Assembly (NCBI GenBank): GCA_002633005.1
Contig: NMRA01000531.1
Span: forward strand, 1 to 64,000
Direction: 5' to 3'
DNA length: 64,000 bases
Origin: Phoronis australis
Lineage: Eukaryota > Animalia > Phoronida
Of this stretch, positions 1 to 11,832 are shown piece after piece (positions within the stretch are counted from its first letter, which is position 1; each line of letters opens with the position of its first letter). The position numbers and the translations under genes were made by a program. The notes beneath the pieces were generated by a model that saw nothing but the letters and a program-made list of their open reading frames with translations, ran no database searches and was not told the DNA's origin.

Positions 1-642
1 ATAGCAAACAGAATTTGAGTCCAAGCTTTTAGGTTTAGAGCTTTTCAGCTGTTTTGAGCTTTTCTGCTTGTGTTTGGGCTTTGGCTTTGGGTTACTGACG
101 GCGTTCACCGTATGAGATTTTTCAATACCACTGGCTTGCATTTCAGAACATTCTAGAGCACGATCAATGTCCAGCAATTGATCAAGAGTCATTTTGTCAC
201 GTAATGCCCTTCGTCGCAGTCGTTGTGATGAGCAACATTGAATAATTTGGCTCAATATCTCTTTGTCGACATTTTCGAACTCACAGTGTTTAGCAAGACC
301 TCTTAATCTGGTTGTGTATGAGTCTAAGTCCTCCCCAGGCTCTTGTTTCGCCTCTCGGAAGTTGAAAATTTCGAACTGAAAAATTTTCTTTGGTTCAAAG
401 TACTCAGTTAATTTTTTCTTTGCGCTGATGAATGTTTCTTCATCCGTTTTGAGAGTGTCAAAAATGTCCATCACTCTCTCGCCGGCGCAATGTAACATCA
501 ATGCTAATTTTCTGGTCTCGTTTTTAATGTCCAGCGCCACGAGGTAAATTTCAAACCTTGCAAGCCATTTTGTCCACCGAGGACCCACTGTGTGCCGGTC
601 AAGCTCCGGTTTAAATGGTGCTACAGCTTGTATTGGGTTCAT
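1..642 (-). CDS. gag: Gypsy (Ty3/Gypsy, Mag-like) LTR retrotransposon Gag, N-terminal 214 codons; continues beyond the window edge
   Basis: Uninterrupted frame from ATG at 642: MNPIQAVAPFKPELDRHTVGPRWTKWLARFEIYLVALDIKNETRKLALMLHCAGERVMDIFDTL...EYFEPKK...FREAKQEPGEDLDSYTTRLRGLAKHCEF...LRRRALRDKMTLDQLLDI...SVCY. This has the typical Mag-type Gag motifs and ends at the start of a probable zinc knuckle. It is absent from the ORF track because it has no stop inside the window. Confidence 0.92.
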   Translation of the reverse strand, partial: MNPIQAVAPFKPELDRHTVGPRWTKWLARFEIYLVALDIKNETRKLALMLHCAGERVMDIFDTLKTDEETFISAKKKLTEYFEPKKIFQFEIFNFREAKQEPGEDLDSYTTRLRGLAKHCEFENVDKEILSQIIQCCSSQRLRRRALRDKMTLDQLLDIDRALECSEMQASGIEKSHTVNAVSNPKPKPKHKQKSSKQLKSSKPKSLDSNSVCY

Positions 643-649
643 TTCGCCA

Positions 650-659
650 CTCGTCGCCA
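650..659 (-). promoter_or_regulatory. Primer-binding site of the Gypsy element
   Basis: TGGCGACGAG on the minus strand, 1 nt after the LTR-terminal CA and 8 nt before the gag ATG. Confidence 0.85.
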
Positions 660-660
660 G

Positions 661-799
661 TGTAATGATCCAATAATATGTTGTTTAAGCTAAAAAACTT
701 ATATTCTTTTTACAAACCCAACCTGGGCTGCGCCATCTTGGAATCTTCTCTAGAGGTATCCAATAGGTGGCAGCACCTTACAGAACTTACAACATCACA
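661..799 (-). mobile_element. Short 5' LTR (about 139 bp) of the Gypsy element
   Basis: Minus strand starts TGTGATG and ends CATTACA (TG...CA with short inverted termini), directly upstream of the PBS. The outer boundary rests only on the terminal motif. Confidence 0.65.
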
Positions 800-3189
800 A
801 TATCCACGTCGCTGGAGTGTTCTTGGAACCACGCCAGATGTTAAGTTAGACATCAGTATTAAGATGTCTATGGTTGTCATCGTTTCCCTCGAGCGCATTA
901 TTTTCAGTTTGGAACGTTGCCGGGGGTTGCTCATTGCCGCAAAAATTCAGATATGATTTCATGGAATACATTAATCAAATTCTGTAGTTTTTGTATTTGG
1001 GAACATTTTCAGCTAAACAATTAACTTTCTCACATAAACTGTAATGTGTTACGACAGGCCTTCGTAACACCGATTATGTAACTTTTTTATTACATGAGCG
1101 AATCACAAAGTAGTGCAAAGTAGAAATCCATACGCCTTATTTTTCATCGTCTGCAAAACACAACAACCAAACAATGCAGGAATTCCATGAAGCTGACAAG
1201 GTTATGATTGACCAATGGGAAGTCACAACTGCATGTACTCCCAGTACGAAGGACGTGCAAACAACTTCTTAAACGGACCCAATTTCGGCGTGGGATTTCA
1301 TATCCACCTTCATTCAAACGGAGACGAACCCCAATTCAAGAAACCACGCGGCAAGCCTCGGGATTTTAATGAAATTTCCAAGAGGTTTTGCCCATGTCAT
1401 AAACCTGAGACTCGTGAAGAATTCTCTATCTACAGACTGTACTTCTTATTATTTGATGCACAATTTGAAGCCGGGCTTTGAAGTTTGCGTTTGACCTGTA
1501 GTTTTTCAGGCCCGTAGGCGAACGCACCCCTTACGGCCAGTTGAGGTCCCTTCAAAGAATTGCCGCTCGGATTTGGGAAAAAAGTTACTGAATATTCGCG
1601 CAAATGAAGAAGAAGTCGTTACGGTGAGCGGCCAAGTTAATAGCGTTGGAGACGATCGAGGGGAGATTTCAGCATTAGGGTATTTCATACGCGCACCCAG
1701 AGTAGCAAAGTTCCGTCGTAAGCGCAAATGATTCGAGGTTGTGAGTGATTGAGCGCGAAATCATTTGTGGGTGGGTAAGTGAAGAAAACAATAGGCGTAC
1801 CTTTACCAAAAACATCAATCGAGCAAAAATGGCGCACGACACATTCTCCTAGGAGAAGGTGCTACGCTCGTTTCCGACGCCATGTAAAAGGTCTGCGTCA
1901 GCAGAAATTCGAACCTCCCCCTCATTTCATATGGGCCACGCAGCACTGAAATAAGTGGGGGCTATAACCCCCAACCTCCTATGGTGCGCCGCCCATGCAT
2001 TTTCTAGGCTGAGTGCGCATGTATTTTTAGACAAAGATCTGTTGTAGCCAAAAGATAACGTTGATCGAATAAATGGGGGTTGAGAGGTATGCGCAAAAGG
2101 TGTGGATAAACCCAATAGGCCTATGTCACCGTTCATCCGTTGCAATGTCACGTGTTTTTATTAATGTTTGCGTAACAAAGTCTGCCAACTCATTTGTTTT
2201 TCTGCAATTACCTTTTATTTGTGCGTGTCAAACACCAACACTTGGGAAAATGGAAACTTTAAGTTAATTTTTTGAATGTTGGTGCATGTTGGCAATCAAT
2301 GCGTCCTTTTTAAGCCCAGAACCCGATTTGTAATTTAAGGTAATTCTTATCTTCATGAAGGCCTTTCATGTTTCGTGAGAGACCGCCATTTCTCGTAAAA
2401 AATGCCTTTTTTCTTTGAATATAGATATCTAAAAATCTTATTGCGTGCGAGTTGATAGACGCACGATATAAGTGTCCGTGTTCAGCATAAAAATTAAGGA
2501 CGACTGTTAGCCATACCATTGAAATCTACTGGACTTGTCTCAAACAACTCGCAGATTTTGCACACACAAGGTTGGACGATTACCTTGAAGATGCTATGCC
2601 TCATTAAACCGTGAATATTTAAATTTGTTGCAAGCGCCATCTAGTGACTTTCTGGAGAACTGTGTGTACAAGTATAATCAGGAAAAGAAACAATTTCTAA
2701 ATGAATTGTGGTTTTAAAGAAGTCACTACAATTGATACACTTAAAATCAAATGTGGAAAAAAACTATTCAAATATTACACAACCCTTATTTGATATTGAA
2801 ATAAACAAATAAAAAACTGTGCCTTGTTTCATTAGGATAAACATGAAATACTGCCGTACTCATTTACATAAAAATATTATCACAAAACGAGACTTTCGCG
2901 AGAATGTGTTTCTACGCGTTTACCATTGTTTGCAGTTTGTGTGAAGATTTTTTCGGTTTTTGTGTAGTGCTCCTCGTAACAGGTTAGGAAATCCACGATG
3001 CTACTTCTGTCGTCTTATAAATTTTGAAAAAAACTTTGACTTGTTGTCTTTGCACATTGAATGAGCATTATCTTTTTAATTTTGGTTGGTCAAGGTTTTC
3101 TGCAAAAATATTAATTCATATGTTATTTGTAAATAGTCAACGTTGTTGGTTTAATATTTGGCTCTCGGGTTCAGGCACCACATATGAAT

Positions 3190-3850
3190 GCAGTTAAAAT
3201 CAAGGATCGCGAGTTGTTATTACTCAAATACGCAAATGACATTCTATTGTTTTAGACGGCTCAGACAAATATTCATCGTCGGTCTACCTTAGATGTTTTA
3301 AATCTGTTTCCAGATTTCTTTAGCCTCCTGGTTAGTATTGAGAAGAAAAAATTTATGGCCAACAGTACTGAAAAAATCTGTTAGAGAACAGCTGTCTTGG
3401 ATTAAAACAAATTTCATGTTGTTGGGGGTTAACTTAGAAGTCGGCATGTACGATATGGTAGATCACAATTACTTGGTGAGATTGAAAAATACTAAATTAA
3501 TCTTGAAAAATTGTTCCAAAAGAATTTTGACACATTTTGGGAGCATAACACTAGTCAAGACAGTTGCTGTTTCAAAAACTACGTCTCCTAATATCCTTGC
3601 CGCAGCCTTTGAAATATATTCTAGAAAAACAGAATTCAATGTTTTTTCAATTCCTCTGGTTAGGTGGAAGTGATAAAATTAAGCGTTACCGAGCTGTTTG
3701 TAATTATAACGAAGGAGGGATCAGAATGATTAATATATTTACCTTCTAGAAGGCTTTAAAGATTAACATGTTAATAAAGTTTACAGACGATCTGTTAAAG
3801 CCCTCCCACTTGCTACGTTTGATTTTTCATGGAATTAAACATTTCGCCAA
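3190..3850 (+). pseudogene. Degenerate L1/Tx1-clade LINE reverse transcriptase, C-terminal fragment
   Basis: Frameshifted pieces read IKIKDRELLLLKYANDILLFLDGS (degenerate YADD box), LSWIKTNFMLLGVN...LKNCSKRILTHFGSITLVKT and LISLPQPLKYILEKQNSMFFQFLWLGGSDKIKR...YNEGGIRMINI, all characteristic of L1/Tx1 ORF2. Confidence 0.85.
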
Positions 3851-6800
3851 CTATGGTGTGGACAGTATGAAGACAAAATTGTTTAAAGTCCTTGTTGCAA
3901 ACTACCCATGTGGTTCTAGTATCCGAAAATACTTACTACATAAATTCTTATTTTCGACACCCTTTCTTTATAGTCTTTTCGCCTTTCTTGCCAAAACCGA
4001 TTTTTTAACAGTATTTGACCCTTCTCTCTGAGCGTATGATTACCGGTTGTCATCGGTTATTTCCGTACCCACATTTCCGGCTCATCAGCTCATCGCCATT
4101 TTTTTCCTTGTAACTGAATGTGCTATGGCTTGCTCGAAAAGTCTTCATTATTTTGTTTTATTAGTAATATATCGTGATTCGTTTGCATATGTAGTGTATT
4201 TATAGTTTGTAGTTAGTGGTCGTTGATTTTTTTGGAATGTTATGCGTACTTAAGTATGTTAAAATAGCATTGGTGTTTAGTTCCTTACGTAGGCGGGTCG
4301 AACCTAGGAACCTATATGGGTCGAACCAATTTTTTTTTCGGTTTTATTTTTTTCCTCGTTTTAAAAAAGTACTTTACTATCATCGGAAAGGTAGTACATT
4401 CTATTCAGTAAAAATCGAAAAAGTGTCAAAATGGGGGCAAGCAGTGTAAAGTTATTGCAAGTTTTGTGGCGAAATTTGGGTCACTTTGTTTGGATCGCGT
4501 CGGCCATATTCAGGGAGGACAGCGGGATAAGTTACGAGTTTGAAACTTTGTGTAAATTGTTTTCGCCAACAAATTACGGTGAAATTTAGTTAGACATATC
4601 TTTACTTACTATTCTGCACGATTCAACAGTGTTCACCAAATTTCAGCCTCGCAGTTGTTACTCATTAAGAGATAAATGTGCTCACATTCCCGTTGGACTT
4701 CGTCTCATTTCTNTCCTCTGCACGGTACAAGCCTTCAAACCTAAAAACCAAAGGTTACGTGAAAACAGACGTGATAGATTTCCATTTCAACGTGTAAATA
4801 GATTTCCAGAAGATATATGATAGGGAGTAAACAAATAGTCTAATGCAATGGATATTTATCACTCACGTACCCATTGGGATTGGATTGTAATCTTAACTCA
4901 TTAACCTGTATCGAGTTGACAGCATAAACATTCAGCATTGATTGATGTAACTGTCACTGATAAACTTTTAGAAATCATTCCAAACAATAATAATGCTTTG
5001 ATGTACGAAAAGATCCCGATTGCTACGTCAAGTATCGAATCACATATCACAACATACAAAGATTAACCAGACTCTGGCTGGCGACTGACTGCCGCGAAGC
5101 CGACATCGGCGAGTGCCTCAGTTAACAGGCATCGGTAGAATAATCATGGAATAATCGTTAAAATAATCACAAACCTTACCTTTGTATGAGGTCGTGCTTA
5201 CTTCCTCTCATAGAAACACCCTTTTTACGCAATCTCAGATTCAGTTGGCACGGCTGCAAGCCATTTCACCATGTATTTAAAGGGCTCGCGAAATCGAGGC
5301 TGTTAATCTATCACCATTAGTACACGTACGCCCTCTAGTTATTGTAGATTTTCCGAATAGCCCCATTGGAAGGATTTTTTGAATGTGTCATGTCCTTCAG
5401 AAGTTGTTTAAGGATCAAGAATCACATTGATTTCCATGACCAACATTAACAGTGACCTGGAAACGGGGGTAAAAAAATATTTTTTACGTGAACTTGTTCC
5501 ACGAAGGAAGGAAATTTTCCATATTTTTGTTCATGTTCACGTTGGCAAACACAACAAGTCCGTTGATTCCGACTCAAATGTGATGATGGAAGTCTGTTTC
5601 ATGAAAAATGAAATTTTATCTTACACTCCCACTAAACAATTGCTGAGTAAATTATGAGTGCATCACAGTCTAGAAATAATTTATGGAACTTATCTCAGCA
5701 ACTAGAGGTTGTGCTTATATTCTTAGAGACTACACTTTTTGTGAAATGAGATTTAATTTTTTTTCAGACATAGCTGTGGAGGGCGTATTACCAAAATTTC
5801 TTGCTTTGAAGTCGTAAGTCACTTTTCACGAAGTAGATTCTAGCTTGAAGGTCAAGACCTAAGGTTGAGTTGGGACACTGTCTTGTTGCCGTGTGCTCCG
5901 GCTTGTTGTTATATGGTCAATTCCATTTGTGAAGGACGTACAATCAGAGAACATTTTGGTCACTTGTGAAAATAATGTTCATCTTAGGAAAATAATTAAT
6001 ACATCAATTGATATCTTTCAAAGCATGTATCAACTTTTCCCCTATCTTTTAATCTGATTGAGAAAATTGATTTTAAAGAGGTGTGACGGACGTACGCAGA
6101 GAATTTGATTTTTTTTTAAATTAATATAAAATTTTCTGTGAGTTGCATTAAGTTACAATTTTATGTGTTACATGATGATTTAGTGGAATGTTTGCAAAGT
6201 ATAACACACTAATTTTTTGATGATACCTTCTGAGAAATTTTTGTCAGACAGCTCGATGTAAGTTGAGTTAGTGTGACGGACGGACGTGACGGAAGTACGC
6301 TCTGAATTTCTAGTATTAAATTGTTTGTTGTGACTAAGATGTCAATTCAGAATGATTTAAACTTTTGCCGTATTTAAGCTATATTGGTCTTTTGCTACTA
6401 ATTCAATGTTTTTGGTCAAAATGTACCGATTGACCTTTGCGAAATCATCACAGGTAGGGCTATACTAGGAATATACTCTAGTATTTTAACTTTTCAATAC
6501 ATTTGATTAAAGATATAAAACAATCACCTAAAATCTTCACTTCCTTTTGAAGAGGGTAAGCATTATCGATGGTAATGAGAGTGATAATCATTTTGTATGT
6601 CACAGTTGTTAGTTATGAGGAAAATCTGTTTTTAAGCGTTAAATAGAACACTAATTCAAAACTAATAAGTAAATATGACAGTCAAAATATAAAATGTGAA
6701 ATAAAGTTACATTACTAATCACTGTCATACAAATGCACTTGAATTTAATTGTTTTTTTTAAGATAGAACTCGCCCTTAGAGCTTGTACAAAATTATTCTC

Positions 6801-9517
6801 TGGTCCATGGAGCACTTGGTTTAGTTGACATCATCGACTTTTGACATTCATATTTTGATTGAAATCAATCGTGCTGTCTTCCATTGTGAAAACAAGACAT
6901 TTTAAATTAATTGCATTTGGGATTATGATTTAGGAATATGTAGAGCTAACTTATCAGATGCTGGTTTCTATTTAGTGATTAATATGATAAGGTTTTCATC
7001 CAGCTCTTTAACTCATGCCTTCTTTTCAAATTTAAAGAGAGGCCTTAAATAATGCCACATTACAGTATGCGCAAGTACAATTACGAATTTCCTGATCCAC
7101 GATGGCATTTTTTCGAGTTTCAGAGAATATCCCAACAGATATTTACTCTTCTCCCGGTTGCGCCTGTTCTTCCCATGGTCTCCAACAATTTCCTCTATCC
7201 TTTCTAAATGCCAGTTTAATCTCCTCGAGGCTCAGCAGAAAAATTAGTCTAATTCTTAAAAAGATTGAAGGATAAAAAATATGTAAGATGAGACAATGTA
7301 ATCATTGGTTATGAAATAATTTCATACAAGTAACCCAATACATTGAAAAACATATAAAGAGTGTCTACAGCCAGTGAGGGTGTGACAAAATTGCTCAATA
7401 AAGTAGGTGACAGATTCCTACTGCTTAAAAATTCCTTGTATCGGCTTTTTCAACACAAAACACAGCATAGCAGGTCGGAGCAGAAATAACATGTTGATTC
7501 CAACAACAACAACTTGACATGTATTTCTTTAGGTCTCTTGTTATTTGCGTATACTCTAGAGCACCTTAGGATTTCTTTTGTATGAATATTTTTGCCTCTT
7601 GAATTTCCCAAAAGCCAAGCATTTCTTTACTAACACGGGGTACCAACAGAAAAACGATAAGTTCATTAAATCAACATTTTGTTTTATTTACATTTTATAA
7701 TGTGTCCAACTGTTTGATTTTAATAAGTTGAATTCTACTAAGAATAACTTACATTGTAAACTATACCTTTTCTCCAAATACTTTTGAAATTGGAAAAAAT
7801 CATTGCATTTAGTTAAAATCTGTAACAACTTACTCACTTAGTTTTAAAGCTGCCTTTGTAATATTTTATCGTTTTAAGGTTCTTAGGTGTGAGATACATT
7901 TTATCTTATGTAAGTTTAGAAAGTAAAAATATGACCTAAGGTTATTTTTATTGGCTGAAAAAGTGCAGCAGTGTGTCAGCCTCGATGAATTTTTGAGTTT
8001 TCTTGGTCTGTTTTCGTGTCTTAGCTTCTGGACTGTAAATAGTTATAGAAATATTTCCCCGAGTTGATCACAGCATTGGAAGATAATGGTGGAAACTATG
8101 CTGATTTGCAGACTTGAGGTAAGGACTTTATCGCAAAAAGCAGATTTTACTCTACGGCGTTGAACGCTGCGAGCAGACGATTGGCTCAGTAAAAAATACA
8201 TACTCGTCATTTGGTCTTAATTTTCTGTAAAGACCTTACCTCTCAGAGTAACTATACTGAATGCATCCATAACGAGACGTTTTCATTGGATTTGAGTTAA
8301 ATTTTTGGTTGATTTGCTGGCCGGGGACGCTATACTTAGCTTGACCTACTTACGATGACCCAGAAGAAAACTTCAGCGAGGCCCAAAAATAGCTACCTGA
8401 TCACCGTGCGTCGGAATTTTCATCGGATTTTTTTTTTTTTAGAGATGTAAAACTGCTTTTTCAGTAATGACGCCTTGTGTTGATGATTTGGGTAACCCAA
8501 ATGAACGAGCTCAATCAAATTTGGCGTTGCACACGCGAGTTTACTCGACAAGGAGACTGCTCACCAACCGTGAAAAAACGGCTTCTACCGTGGTATAATT
8601 TTACTTGATGATGAATTTTCCGAATATCAGTGTGTGGAGGGTGTTGCTCGCCAATGATATTGTTTGTCGTGAGCCTGTGGCGCGTTTCTTTTTTTTTTTC
8701 ATGTGGTGTCTATGGTTGCCCACATTGTTTTTTGGGCGATATGTCTCAAGTTGAGCGTTTCCTTTTGTTTGGTTTAGTTGCCACAGTAACATTGTTTAGT
8801 GCCGTTGAGGAAAGACAATTATGCGCCACCGCCTGCAACCTACGCAAAGACTTTCGCTTGCATAAGTTTTGTGGAATACTAATTGCGCAAAATGTTTGTG
8901 GGGGGTAGTGTACAAGTCTTAAATCGCTTAACCTACTTATATACGATAGTCAAAAGCCTAAGCTTTTTGGCTTAGCAGAGTTCGTGAATAATGTCATATA
9001 GTCAAACGTCTTAAAGTTAAGACGTTTGACTTAAAATTATTAGTCAGATCTGAAGCCATCTTATCGACGGTAGCTTGTGTTGTACAGCATTTACTAATCA
9101 GGTGCTTGCAAAACGGTATTTTATACAACTTAGAGGCCGTTTTATTGAAAAAAAAGAGTTACTTTGATTCCAGAGATGACTTCTCGAAATCATGTAATTG
9201 ATTAGCCATTTCATTGACGCAGTCCTTGTCATCATAATGATCGGGCAATAATTCAAATGCTACATTTTCTGCAAAATACCAACATCTGTAAGTTTGCTAC
9301 CAAATCTCTCTTTGTTACATATTGCTAGCCCAAACTGTCACAACGTCCCTAATTGTCACAACTTCAAAATTATGACACTTTGGGTTTGGGCAGACCCAAA
9401 TTGTCACAATTTGCCCAAATTGTCACATAAACGTAAAATGTGTCGGGAATATTTTGGCTATAAAATTGGATGTTCAGTCAAAAAGGTGCACTTTCTTAAT
9501 CAAAATTTGAAACACTG

Positions 9518-9620
9518 TTCTCAATGTTCTCAGTCGTTATCCCCCTTATCTAGAGCCCTCGTGGATTTTGTAGAATTATCACCCTCGGGGCGTTAGACTT
9601 CGCCATGTAATAATCTATAT
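9518..9620. mobile_element. Partial copy of the hairpin-ended element at 14478-14647
   Basis: Shares CAGTCGTTATCCCCCTTATCTAGAGCCCTCGTGGATTTTG and CTTCGCCATGTAATAATCTATAT with 14480-14647. Confidence 0.7.
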
Positions 9621-9701
9621 TTATCGTCATAGATGCGCATGCCAACTTCACGTTGCATTTGTTATTTCTGATGTGCGTTTCACTGTAAACTAGTTGTAAA
9701 T

Positions 9702-9744
9702 AGAAGCCTGAAGATGAGATATGTGTCTCGAAATATCACTTTTT
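9702..9744 (+). ncRNA. Penelope-type minimal hammerhead ribozyme motif, probably decayed
   Basis: AGAAGC-CTGAAGA-T-GAGA-TATGTG-TCTC-GAAA-TATC-ACTTTT. It has the CUGANGA and GAAA core boxes, a 4-bp stem II, a palindromic ATAT mini-helix III with an AUC cleavage triplet, and an imperfect helix I (AGAAG/CTTTT). Confidence 0.5.
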
Positions 9745-9826
9745 AAAATATGTTACCTACTGATGTCGTTTGGATTTTTGTTTCACTGTTGCGATGTAAA
9801 GACAATATCTCTATTTAGAGAGTTGT

Positions 9827-9984
9827 TAGTCGTGTTTTTAATGATATATATATATATATATATTTCATTAAAAACACGACTTTGATCTGCTTTTACTAGT
9901 TTAATCTCGATATAATGAAATATATATATATATATATAAAACACGACTTTGATCTGCTTTTACTAGTTTAATCTCGATATAATG

Positions 9985-10017
<33 letters not shown>
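9827..10017. repeat. (TA)n microsatellites, a small hairpin and a two-copy tandem duplication of about 67 bp
   Basis: AGTCGTGTTTTTAATGA-(TA)n-TCATTAAAAACACGACT forms an inverted repeat. AAACACGACTTTGATCTGCTTTTACTAGTTTAATCTCGATATAATGAAA(TA)n occurs twice. Confidence 0.85.
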
Positions 10018-10024
<7 letters not shown>

Positions 10025-10461
10025 ACCCAATTGTTTTAGCATTGGCAACTGCCCATTTTTATACAGACCTCTTTGTTTTCGCTACTAAACAAAAACTTCT
10101 CGAATTGGATTGGAATTTTCAGATCAGGCTGGGTAAATTTATTTTCTCAAATTTGTCAGCAAAAGTAAATCTTGATTTATCAAGGTTTGAAGTTTGGAAT
10201 TTTGTGCTCGACCTAGTTGGCGTTAGGCCTACCTCATAAGATATCTTTCCCGATATCACATGTAAAATAACCGTTGATTAAGCTCATTATTTCCGGATGA
10301 AAAGTGATTAAACGATTGAGTCCTAAACGCCGAACACTTGTGGAATTTCCGTAATGTAGACATGCGCAATTTCCGTTGCTTCTTGCGCTCATAAGCCGTT
10401 GTCTTGATGACGCGACCAATTATACAAGTGACAGCCTTACGTTAAACATTTACACGCAACG

Positions 10462-11406
10462 ATGCTTAGAATTAAGGCTTACCTTATTGGGATACTGGTG
10501 GTTGGGTGCTGCTTCTCGACATTAACGGAATGTCATTATTTTGTAAAGGTAAGAGCAATAAAAAATGTCAATTTATACCTTATCGCTATATTTATAAGTT
10601 TTGTTTGCATCACACTTAGGCCTACTTGGGTTACGCAGTTGAAACCAGACAATTTGGCCTTGCAATTGTTAAAAAGTTAACCCTTAGTGTATGTGTGTAC
10701 GTTGGCAGCAAACTTCCTTTTAAGCAAGTAGGCACATTATGGAATTTCGTACTGGCCTCATTGTCCTCTCATCAGCTCCCCCATTACAGTGGCGAATGTG
10801 TCCGATCAAATATCTAGGAATAAGTCTGTGTAATGTATTTGTGTATTTATGATCTCTTCGTTTTTGCAATAAACATGGGGCAGCTATTGCAGTGTGTGCC
10901 AATACAAGAGCGTGTCATTCTGAGCTGATCAAAGATCTCTGTTAAACCTGGAATCTGCAGAAACCAGTGTACTGTTCACTAGTACTTCGATATCTTGGCT
11001 ACCACTGAAGCTGGCGGGCTCGTTTTTTCTTTAAGTAGTGAAGCGCAAGTATCAAAATGAGTCGGAGCGCAGAGCTCCGTTTCATGAAAGTTATAAGTCT
11101 CAAGTTTGATTGTTGGCATGACGTCAACCGCATTGTTCAACAAGCACAGTGGCGGGATCACAGTATTGTCACGTCGGTCTAAGTTAAGACTGATATTGCT
11201 TCACGAAACAGAACCCTGATCAGAACCAACTACGCTTTTTTACATTTACCTTTATATTTATTTGTAGTAATGCTGTCTTCGGTGGTAAGTGTATTACTGG
11301 TGTTGTAATTACCGTTGTTACTGCTGTTTAATTGGTGATACTACGATTTAGGGAAAGAGGACTTACGAAGCTCTTACAAGTGTCTCCAAAGAAGACAAGA
11401 AGTCAG
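10462..11406 (+). pseudogene. Possible decayed gene for a single-pass membrane protein
   Basis: Exon 10462-10548 reads MLRIKAYLIGILVVGCCFSTLTECHYFVK (signal-peptide-like) and ends at a strong AAG|GTAAGA donor. Exon 11268-11406 follows a pyrimidine tract and TAG, reads CITGVVITVVTAV*LVILRFRERG (TM helix with an in-frame TAA, then basic residues) and ends CAG|GTAAGG. Confidence 0.35.
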
Positions 11407-11832
11407 GTAAGGAGAAAAGAGGTTTGTTGTGAAGTGGGTTTAAAAAGATTGCACGCGGTCTAATGCCTAAGTTGCATCAGACGTGCGCAAGTCACACATG
11501 TCTGTCCCATTGCACAAAACACCTGATTTGAAACTCATGAAAATCCTCTTCCAAGCGACCTCACTCCACTCGTAATAGCGTAACATGTTAATTTGGATAA
11601 AGCGTCATTTTTTCTTGATCCCATTACACGCCCATTTATTTGTATGTAAAGAAGTTTGCGACGAAGTCGTCGTTTCTACTTACCTCAGAGGCTGAATCTG
11701 TCTTTATTTTTATGTGCAAGTTGTCACCAATGAACTTCTTGTCCTGCCATGCATATTTGCGACAAGTATGGTCGTGACAGTTTGAGTTCATGCAAAGTAG
11801 CGTTCGTCGTTACAAGAGGTTGCGTGAGTCCA

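Noticed and set aside
4270-7700. Probable old DNA-transposon remnants (GTGTGACGGACGTACG repeats near 6080-6300)
   Set aside because: I could not pair termini or find TSDs, so boundaries and family are unsupported.
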